NCBI GenBank assembly: GCA_963822945.1
Contig: CAWGJO010000027.1
Coordinates: forward strand, 128,001 to 192,000
From: an uncultured Gemmatimonadaceae bacterium
GTDB taxonomy: Bacteria; Gemmatimonadota; Gemmatimonadetes; Gemmatimonadales; Gemmatimonadaceae
Direction: 5' to 3'
DNA: 64,000 nucleotides
Position 1 is the first letter of the stretch. Each line of letters begins with the position of its first letter. Positions 19,274-26,866 of this stretch are shown one piece after another. Below the pieces are notes generated by a model that was not told where the DNA came from, did not search any database, and saw only the letters and a list, made by a program, of their open reading frames with translations. Position numbers and translations under genes: made by a program.

Positions 19274-20508
19274 CGATTGCGTCCCAGCTGCTCGTGCGCC
19301 GACACCCACTCCAACGACGAGATCGCCGACGCCAGCGACAATTCGCCGGCCAGCACGGTGGCGGCCACGATTTCGGCCAGCTTGTCGACGTGGCCCTTGC
19401 CCCAACAGCCGAGCATCTGCAGACATTCGCGCTGCGTGGGCAGGTGCGTGCCGCCGCCGTGCGTGGCCACGATCAGGCTCGGGATGGTGATCGAGAAGTA
19501 CAGGCTGCCGTCGTGCGTGATCTCCGTGTAGGTCGTGGCCGCCGCGCCCTCGGTCACGTTGGCCACGTCCTGGCCGGTGGCGATGAACATCGCCGTGATC
19601 GCGTTGGCGGAGTGCAGCCCGTTGTTGTTGGCGCCCGAGAGCAGCGCGGCGACGTTCGCCACACCCCAGTGGTAGGCCAACTGCTCAGGCTCGGCGTGCA
19701 GATGCTTGCGGAGGAGATCGTGCGGAATCGTGGCCTCGGCCGTCACACGCTTGCCGCGCGGATGCAGGATGTTGACGCGCGACGCCTTCTTGTCGGTGGC
19801 GAAGTTCGACTCGAGGTACGCGCGGCGCACCGCGCGGTGGTTGGCCAGGATCCACTGATAGGCCGCGTACGTCGCCTTGCCCACCATGTTCTGTCCGGCC
19901 GCGTCGCCCGTGGTGAAGTTGAACCGGAGAAACGCGAACTTGTTGGACAGGAAGGGCTCGATGTGCGTGAGCCGGGCCACGTGCGACGTCGCCTGGGCCA
20001 CGGCGCGAATCGCGTCCATGTGCGCTTCGATCCACCCCAGGAAATCGCGGGCCTCGCGGGCCGACTCGAAGATGAACACCGGCGCCCGCTGCATGCCGTC
20101 GCCGGACACGGTGGTCTTCACGCCGCCGGCCAGACTCACGACCTTCATGCCCCGGCTGTACGACGCCACCAGAGAGCCTTCGGTGGTTGCGAGCGGGATG
20201 AAGAAGTCGCCGTGCGCATGCTCGCCGTCGATGTACAGCGGCCCCGCGATGCCGAGCGGCACCTGCGCCACCCCGGTGAAGTTCTCGATGTTGCCGCGCG
20301 TCTCCGACGGCTCGAGCGAGTACGAGGACACGTGCTTCAGGCGCACGCCGCGCTCGCGCTCGACGAACGCCTGCCGTGCGGCGATCAGCGCCGGTTCGTA
20401 GTCCTCGGGCCGCCCCTTGGCATGTGGGATGTGGTCGACGTCGGCGTTGTGAGTCGCGGAGGCGGCGGGCGCGGACCCGCGATCGACCAGGGAGGATGAC
20501 GTACCCAT
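19270..20508 (-). CDS. HMG-CoA reductase, class I-like catalytic domain
   Basis: ENFTG, PLATTEGSLVAS, TGDAAGQNM, TDKK, GQDVA, GGGT, C-terminal His (AHEQLGR); alternative GTG start at 20529. Confidence 0.9.
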   Translation of the reverse strand: MGTSSSLVDRGSAPAASATHNADVDHIPHAKGRPEDYEPALIAARQAFVERERGVRLKHVSSYSLEPSETRGNIENFTGVAQVPLGIAGPLYIDGEHAHGDFFIPLATTEGSLVASYSRGMKVVSLAGGVKTTVSGDGMQRAPVFIFESAREARDFLGWIEAHMDAIRAVAQATSHVARLTHIEPFLSNKFAFLRFNFTTGDAAGQNMVGKATYAAYQWILANHRAVRRAYLESNFATDKKASRVNILHPRGKRVTAEATIPHDLLRKHLHAEPEQLAYHWGVANVAALLSGANNNGLHSANAITAMFIATGQDVANVTEGAAATTYTEITHDGSLYFSITIPSLIVATHGGGTHLPTQRECLQMLGCWGKGHVDKLAEIVAATVLAGELSLASAISSLEWVSAHEQLGRNR

Positions 20509-20794
20509 TGGTCCCTCGTGGATGGACACCGTAGGATGTGCGCGAACGTCTGCCCCAGGTATCAGGTGCGTGCGCCGGATCTGTAGGCCGTTCCCTCACG
20601 CTCTCCGGGTCGGCCCTTGGCGGTCGGCAGTTCGGGATTCGTTGCTGAGTGCCGACGGTCGACTCTCGACGCGAAACACCCGAGTGTTCGCCGCCACCTG
20701 TTCCCTCCACTCTCCCTACGCGGCGTCCTCCTGCTGCATGGAGAAGTTCAGGGTTTTCCTGAATTGGCGGAACTTTCGAAAGGGGCGAACTTCA

Positions 20795-21093
20795 CTTCGT
20801 GTTCGCGGACGGGAATACCGCGAACGGAGCCAACCCGCGGGATACCGTCGGCTGGCAGCGCGGTGGGAGTTCGACCCCAACTGCGCAGGTTGTGAGGTCG
20901 CTGGACACAACTGTAGTCCCGAGAGCCAAGGGGCACCTGAATCGGTCCCGTCCGATGAGGGTAAGATTGCCGGCCAGATCACCTGTTCGCATGTCTTCAG
21001 TGCCGTCGCTCAGGTGAAGCCGAAACGACCGACCGGTAATCGCCAGCGGGTCAGAACCCTCGCCGGAGGCAGTGATGCCGACGACGAGGGTTC
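20795..21093 (+). ncRNA. Candidate large structured non-coding RNA, family not recognised
   Basis: At least seven compatible helices in a gene-free gap (see findings); G-U and GNRA pattern favours + strand. Confidence 0.55.
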
Positions 21094-21154
21094 GCCACAT
21101 CCGGGCCTCGCGTACCGAGCGTATCACCACGTCGCACGCACACGGAGGTGAACG

Positions 21155-21580
21155 ATGAGCTCCGGTCTCACGACGCTCCCCGTGGGCGAGTGGCGCGTGG
21201 AGTTGCGCGGCGACACGCGTGACGAACTGTTCAGCCGGGTCGCCACGCTGATCGCGTGCGCGGCGGGCCGTACCAATGGCACGCACGGCACGTGGGAGCC
21301 GGTCGCGCTGTCGGCGCGCGACGACGCCGCGCTCCTCGCCGGCTGGGCCAACGAACTCATCGGACGCGGCGAGGCCTCGGGCATGGCCTACGCCGAGGTG
21401 CGCAACATCGAACTCTCGCCGCCGGGGGGCCGCGCGTCTCCGGCGTGGCATCTTACCGCGGAGATTCGCGGTCGCCCGGTGGACGATTGGCGATCGTCGC
21501 TCAAGGCGGCCAATGGCCGCCGGGCAGGACTCGAGCGTCGCGGCGGCCAGTGGCACGCCACGTTATCGTTCGATATCTGA
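21155..21580 (+). CDS. Archease-like protein, divergent
   Basis: GGAGGT RBS; size 141 aa; pattern V.L.G....ELF, LLAGWANELI, LTAEIRG, LKAA, W.ATLSFDI matches archease fold and terminal FDI. Confidence 0.75.
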   Translation: MSSGLTTLPVGEWRVELRGDTRDELFSRVATLIACAAGRTNGTHGTWEPVALSARDDAALLAGWANELIGRGEASGMAYAEVRNIELSPPGGRASPAWHLTAEIRGRPVDDWRSSLKAANGRRAGLERRGGQWHATLSFDI

Positions 21581-21711
21581 ACAACGCCGGCGGCCGCGGG
21601 AGATGTCGTGCGCCCCGTGGAAGTGATGGCGACGTGAACGGCGAGGAGCACGTGGTCCGGATCGTGCGCGATCTGGCGCGCGAACTGCACGGCGATCGCG
21701 CCGGCAACTTC

Positions 21712-24654
21712 TCATCTGCCCAGTCGCACCAATTCAGTCTTCAACGCGTCGAGTTCGCGGCGCTGTTCCAGCGTGGGCGGATAGAGCGTTCCCGAGAGCG
21801 CTCCGCTGCCGTTGAACTCCCCGGCCAGTGCATACGCGCGCCGCTGGAGCCGCGCCGCCGAGCGCCGCTCCGGTGCGGGCGCCTCGCGCGCCAGGGCATA
21901 CGTACGTTGCTGCACGCCCAGCAGCTCCACCAGGAACGCCTCGCGCTCGCGATACTGGGCGAGCGTGAGCGGCATCTCCGGATCGGGCTTCACCTGCACG
22001 GTGCGCTTCACGGTCACGCCGTTGGCGGTGAGCGCCACGGTGTACGTGCCCGGCGAGACGAAGGGACCGGCCGGGGCCAGCGAGCGCGGCGGACGGGGCA
22101 ACGCGTCGAGATTGTAGCTGTTCGTATCGGGTGTGGAGGGCGGCGGGGTGTGGCGCAGGTCCCAGACCACACGGTGCACCACGCCGGCGCCGCCCGGCCC
22201 GTCGAGCGTGCGCACCAGCTCGCCCTGCGCGTTGCTCACCGTGACCTTCACATCCGCGGCGTCTCGCCCCACCGCGTAGTCGATGATCGCGCCGGCGGGC
22301 GGATTCTCGCCCGCGTAGAAGTTCTGGCCGCGATAGGAGTAGTCCTCCCAGTACTGGAAGATCGTGGCCGGCCGGATGCTGAACAGGTGCGCCGGTTCCG
22401 CCGCCACCTGGGGCGACCATTCGGCCAGCGCGCTCCCGTGGTCCAGTATCCAGAGGCTGCGCCCGTGCGTGGCCACCACCACGTCGCCGGTGCGCGGCTG
22501 CACCTGCACGTCCATGTACAGCGTGGTGGGCAGATTGCTGCCGAGTGGATTCCAGTGCGCGCCGTAGTCGGTGGAAACCCACAGCGCATGTTCGGTGCCG
22601 AGGAACACCACGTTGGCGTGCTGCGGGTACGCGGAGATCGTGCGCACCGAGCCGTCGGCGGGCAGGCCGGCGGTGATCGCCGTCCACGTGCGGCCGAAGT
22701 CCGTGGTGTGGAAGGCGTACGGGCGGAAGTCGCCACGCCGGTGGTTGTCGAACGCCACGTACGCTTCGCCCGGCGCATTGCCCGACGCCGATACGCGGCT
22801 CACGTACGTGCCGTCCGGCACGCCGTGCACGTTGTGCCCCACCTCGGTCCAGGTGGTGCCCCCGTCGCGGGAGAGCTGCACGTTGCCGTCGTCGGTGCCC
22901 ACCCACAGGATGCGCGCATCGAGCGGCGACTCGTCGATGGCCGAGAGCGCGCTGAACGCCGTCTGTCCGTCGTTGCGCGAGTTCACGATCTTCGCATCGG
23001 GCACGCCCATCACCGTCACCGTGTCGCGATCCACCTCACGCGTCAGATCCCTGGTGGCGCGCCAAGTGAGCCCGCGGTCGTCGGTGATGAACAGCCGGTT
23101 GCCGCCGTAGTAGTACACGCCGGCCGCGTGGCGCGACGCGAGTCCTGGGGTGATCCATTCGAACCGGTACGGCGGCTGGCCGGCCGGCGCCTGCGGGTGG
23201 ATGTCGGCGCGGTCGCCGGTGTACGTGTCCACGCGGGTGAGGTCGCCGTCCACGGCGTTGCTGTACACGTAGTGCCGGCCGTCCCGGTCCACCGTCGAAG
23301 ACACGCCGTCGTTGAATCCGATCTCGCGCCAGTCGTCGCCGACGATGCCCAGATAGTGCCGCGTGGCGCTCGGTCCGAACCACGAGTGGTTGTCCTGCAT
23401 GCCGCCGTAGATGTGGTACGGCGTCTCGTCATCGAGCCCGACGCCGTAGAACTGCCCGATGGGAATGTTGTTGATGCGGATGTAGGTGGCTCCCATGTCC
23501 CAGCTCTGGTACAGGCCGCCGTCGCCGGCCAGATAGAAGTGACTGGGGTTTCCGGGGTCGATCCACATCGCGTGATAGTCGCCCTTCAGGCCCACGTCGT
23601 ACGTGGGCTCGGTGGGCATGATGCGCCAGTGGGCGCCCGCGTCGTCACTTCTATAGAAGTAGCGCGCCATCATGTACACGCGGTTTGCGTCCGTGGGGTC
23701 CACGGTGATCGAGCTGTAGTACATGGGCCGCGGGTCGAGCGAATTGAGGCGCGTCCAGTGGTCGCCCCCGTCGTCGGTGCGGTACACGCCGCCCGCGGTG
23801 GGATGTTCGATCACCGCATATACGCGCCGGCCGTTGGTGCGCGCGATGGCGAGGCCGATGCGTCCGGTGTTGCCGGTGGGCAGCCCGCCCGCGAGCCGCT
23901 GCCAGCTGGCGCCGCCGTCGGTGGTGCGGAAGATTCCGCTCTCCTCGCCGCCGCCGTTGAAGCAGCAGGGCGTGCGCAGGCGTGCATACGTGGCAGCGTA
24001 CAGCGTATTGCTGCTGTCCGGATCCATGACCAGATCCACGGCGCCGGTGAGCGTGTCCACGAACAGGCTCTTGGTCCAGGTGCGTCCGCCGTCGGTGGTC
24101 TTGTACACGCCGCGGTCGGGCGACGCCTTCCACAGGTTGCCGAGTGCGGCCACGTAGGCCACCGCCGCGTCGTGCGGATCGACGACGATGCGGCCGATGG
24201 CGCGCGTGCTGTCGAGTCCGACGTGCGTCCACGTGGCGCCGCCGTCGGTGGACCGGTACACGCCGTTGCCCCACGAGCTGCTCTGCCGGTTGTTCTGCTC
24301 GCCGGTGCCCGCCCACAGCACGTTGGAGTCGGAGGGCGCGATGGCGATCACGCCGAAGGCGGACGTCGGTTCGTGGTCGAAGATCGGCGTCCACGTCGTG
24401 CCGTGGTTTGTGGACTTCCAGAGCCCGCCCGTGGCCGAGGCGATGTACACCGTCGAGGGATCTCCGGGGAGCGCCTGAACATCGTGGATGCGGCCGCCCA
24501 TGACGGCCGGCCCGATCGATCGCAGGTCGAGTTCGCGGAAGGGACCGGCGGACATCTGCGCGCCGGCCGGTGCGGCGAGAGCGAGCAGAACGAACGCGGC
24601 GAGCGGGCCCAGAATCGCGCCGCGCTGACAGGGACTGCGGAAGCTTGGGGTCAC
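21712..24654 (-). CDS. Secreted BNR/Asp-box (VPS10/sortilin-like) beta-propeller protein, glycosyl hydrolase-like
   Basis: RSIGPAVMGGRI, many S/T-x-D-x-G-x-T-W repeats, GGMQDN, ATHGRSLWILD; start approximate. Confidence 0.88.
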   Translation of the reverse strand: MTPSFRSPCQRGAILGPLAAFVLLALAAPAGAQMSAGPFRELDLRSIGPAVMGGRIHDVQALPGDPSTVYIASATGGLWKSTNHGTTWTPIFDHEPTSAFGVIAIAPSDSNVLWAGTGEQNNRQSSSWGNGVYRSTDGGATWTHVGLDSTRAIGRIVVDPHDAAVAYVAALGNLWKASPDRGVYKTTDGGRTWTKSLFVDTLTGAVDLVMDPDSSNTLYAATYARLRTPCCFNGGGEESGIFRTTDGGASWQRLAGGLPTGNTGRIGLAIARTNGRRVYAVIEHPTAGGVYRTDDGGDHWTRLNSLDPRPMYYSSITVDPTDANRVYMMARYFYRSDDAGAHWRIMPTEPTYDVGLKGDYHAMWIDPGNPSHFYLAGDGGLYQSWDMGATYIRINNIPIGQFYGVGLDDETPYHIYGGMQDNHSWFGPSATRHYLGIVGDDWREIGFNDGVSSTVDRDGRHYVYSNAVDGDLTRVDTYTGDRADIHPQAPAGQPPYRFEWITPGLASRHAAGVYYYGGNRLFITDDRGLTWRATRDLTREVDRDTVTVMGVPDAKIVNSRNDGQTAFSALSAIDESPLDARILWVGTDDGNVQLSRDGGTTWTEVGHNVHGVPDGTYVSRVSASGNAPGEAYVAFDNHRRGDFRPYAFHTTDFGRTWTAITAGLPADGSVRTISAYPQHANVVFLGTEHALWVSTDYGAHWNPLGSNLPTTLYMDVQVQPRTGDVVVATHGRSLWILDHGSALAEWSPQVAAEPAHLFSIRPATIFQYWEDYSYRGQNFYAGENPPAGAIIDYAVGRDAADVKVTVSNAQGELVRTLDGPGGAGVVHRVVWDLRHTPPPSTPDTNSYNLDALPRPPRSLAPAGPFVSPGTYTVALTANGVTVKRTVQVKPDPEMPLTLAQYREREAFLVELLGVQQRTYALAREAPAPERRSAARLQRRAYALAGEFNGSGALSGTLYPPTLEQRRELDALKTELVRLGR

Positions 24655-24730
24655 GGGACGGTCCGGCGTTGCGGGGTTGGAGTCAACGCAGTCGGTATTA
24701 CGCTCCGGTCCACGGTGCGTCAACGGCTAT

Positions 24731-24796
24731 GACTATGGTATATTATAATATGAGTTACGGCCACTTTTTGGCAAGAAGCCATATTATATTATAGTC
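24731..24796. promoter_or_regulatory. AT-rich promoter/operator with inverted repeats upstream of the antitoxin
   Basis: TATAATATG (24744-52)/CATATTATA (24780-88) and GACTAT (24731-36)/ATAGTC (24791-96). Confidence 0.7.
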
Positions 24797-24797
24797 C

Positions 24798-25088
24798 ATG
24801 CTGAATTCGATCCGCCGTTCCCTCTCCGACCCCCAGATTCAGACCGTCCTCGGCGAGCGGCTCCGCAGCTACCGCAAGGCCCACGGCCTCTCCCTCGACG
24901 CACTCGCCGAACGGACCGGACTCTCCGCGCTCACCATCCACAAGGCCGAGCACGGCGGCAACTTCACCATCCGCACGCTGCTCCGGGTGCTGCGCGCCCT
25001 GGACCGCCTCGAGCAGCTCGACGCCTGCCTGCCACCGGCCCCGCGTTCACCGCTCGACCTCATCGACGAGGAATCCCCGGTTGGCTGA
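24798..25088 (+). CDS. XRE-family HTH antitoxin (HipB-like)
   Basis: LGERLRSYRKAHGLSLDALAERTGLSALTIHKAEHG; overlaps the hipA-like gene by 8 bp. Confidence 0.88.
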   Translation: MLNSIRRSLSDPQIQTVLGERLRSYRKAHGLSLDALAERTGLSALTIHKAEHGGNFTIRTLLRVLRALDRLEQLDACLPPAPRSPLDLIDEESPVG

Positions 25089-26358
25089 CCGCATCGCCGC
25101 ACGCATCGTGCTCTGGGACCGCACCGTCGGCGCCGTGGCCGAGGAGCCGTCGGGACAGGTGGTGTTCCAGTACGACCCCGCGTTCCGCCGCAGCGGTTTG
25201 GAAATCTCGCCGCGGCATCTCCCGCTCTCGCTCGCGGCGCCCATCACCTTTCCCGCGCTCCGCCACCTCGAGGCGTTCATGGGACTCCCCGGCGTACTCG
25301 CCGACGGACTCCCCGACCGGTTCGGCAGCGCGCTCATCCGCCAGTACTTCACTCGCGCGGGCACGCCGGAGAAGGCGGACCGCCCCATCCAGCGCCTGCT
25401 CTACGTGGGGCGCCGCGCCATGGGCGCGCTGGAGTTCCTGCCCGCGCTCGACGTCGGCCCCGCGGTGGAGGAGATCATCCAGCTCAAGCACCTGGTGGAC
25501 GAGGCGCGGATCGTGGTGCAGGGAAAGTTCGACGTCGCGGTGCCCGAGATGATGCGCATGGGAACTTCGGCCGGTGGCGCGCGCCCCAAGGCTCTGATTC
25601 TCTGGAACCGGAAGACGAACGAGGTCCGGAGCGGATTCGCCGCGCCCGGCGAGGGCGACGAATCGTGGATGCTCAAGTTCGACGGCGTCGGAGAACTCGA
25701 CGCTCCCAATCCGCACCCGCAGCCCTATACGCGAATCGAGTACGCCTACACGCGCATGGCCGGCGCCGCGGGACTCGCGACCACGGAAGTCGAACTGCTC
25801 CCCGACCGGCGGCTGCATCATCTGCTCGTCAAGCGGTTCGACCGCGACGACGCCGGGCGCCTCCACTACCACAGCCTTGGCGGGATCGACCACGCCGACT
25901 ACAACGCGCCCGGCGCCTATTCGTACGAACAGTACCTGCTCGTCTGCCGCGAACTCGGCCTCGGGCCGGCCGAGCTCGACGAAGCATTCCGGCGCGCCGT
26001 GTTCAACGTCGCGGCCGTCAATCAGGACGACCACGTGAAGAACTTCGGCTTCCTCATGGATCGCCACGGGCGCTGGTCGCTCGCGCCGGCCTTCGACCTC
26101 ACCTACGCGCAGGGCGCGGGGTACACGCGCCGGCACCAGATGACGCTGAACGGAAAGACCGACGGCTTCACGCGCGACGACCTGCTCGCGTTGGGCCGCT
26201 CGCTCGGCGTCAGGAAGGACGGTGCGCTCGTGATCGATCGGGTGCTCGACGCGGTGGGCCAGTGGCCGGAGTTCGCCGCCGACGCCGGGGTGCCGGCCGA
26301 TCGCGCGCGGGCCATCGGGGCGGCGCACCGGCGCACGGCGCTCGCCGCCACACGGTAG
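25081..26358 (+). CDS. hipA: HipA-family toxin kinase
   Basis: LADGLPDRFG, TSAGGARPKA, LKFD, KRFDR, NQDDHVKNF, LAPAFDL. Confidence 0.93.
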   Translation: MADRIAARIVLWDRTVGAVAEEPSGQVVFQYDPAFRRSGLEISPRHLPLSLAAPITFPALRHLEAFMGLPGVLADGLPDRFGSALIRQYFTRAGTPEKADRPIQRLLYVGRRAMGALEFLPALDVGPAVEEIIQLKHLVDEARIVVQGKFDVAVPEMMRMGTSAGGARPKALILWNRKTNEVRSGFAAPGEGDESWMLKFDGVGELDAPNPHPQPYTRIEYAYTRMAGAAGLATTEVELLPDRRLHHLLVKRFDRDDAGRLHYHSLGGIDHADYNAPGAYSYEQYLLVCRELGLGPAELDEAFRRAVFNVAAVNQDDHVKNFGFLMDRHGRWSLAPAFDLTYAQGAGYTRRHQMTLNGKTDGFTRDDLLALGRSLGVRKDGALVIDRVLDAVGQWPEFAADAGVPADRARAIGAAHRRTALAATR

Positions 26359-26380
26359 GCGTTCCCGCGCGCCGGCCGTC

Positions 26381-26866
26381 CTACTCGATCACGCCGTACG
26401 ACGCCACCGTGTTCGCCAGCGTCTCGGTGACCCACATCCGCCGGCCTACCAGCCCGGCAAACGTGCTGGGTGCGCCGCGAAGCTCGTGCGACGTTCCGTC
26501 CGGCAGCCGCAGGGTGAACCCGTCGCCCTGCCGCTCCAGCGTACCGTCCCAGGCGGGCTGACCGCCGGCGCCGCGCACCAGGAACTCCTCCACGCGGAAC
26601 CTGCCGGCGTTCTCCGCCGTTCCGCGCACCCAGAGATCCAGCTGCCCGAGCAACTGCATGGCGGGCGGCACGTCGTCCAGTGCCATGGAGCCGCCGGCCG
26701 TGCGCAGCACCGTCATCGGCATCGGGTCGCTTCCCTCGAGCACGAAGGTGCCGCGGAGCGTATCGCGGCCGGCAGCGGCCGGCACACTTGCCGGCGTCGG
26801 AGCGGGGGTCGCCGCCGCGCAACCTGCTGCGGCGGCGAACGCCAATCCCGCGATCACCGCGCGCAT
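26381..26866 (-). CDS. Small predicted lipoprotein, unknown function
   Basis: MRAVIAGLAFAAAAGC lipobox; TGATG coupling to the upstream gene. Confidence 0.75.
   Translation of the reverse strand: MRAVIAGLAFAAAAGCAAATPAPTPASVPAAAGRDTLRGTFVLEGSDPMPMTVLRTAGGSMALDDVPPAMQLLGQLDLWVRGTAENAGRFRVEEFLVRGAGGQPAWDGTLERQGDGFTLRLPDGTSHELRGAPSTFAGLVGRRMWVTETLANTVASYGVIE

Noticed and set aside
20858..20890. GTTCGA loop suggesting a tRNA T-arm
   Set aside because: No cloverleaf, acceptor stem or CCA can be built; kept only as part of the larger structured element
20900..21030. Resemblance to hammerhead ribozyme (CCGATGAG...GAAAC) or cobalamin riboswitch (GAGCCA...ACCTG) cores
   Set aside because: Hammerhead needs CUGANGA with correctly placed stems; the cobalamin GCCACTG and GGGAAG elements are missing
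20522..21151. 209-aa ORF and other short ORFs across the hmgR-archease gap
   Set aside because: No motif and atypical composition and codon use; the region is better explained by RNA structure and promoters
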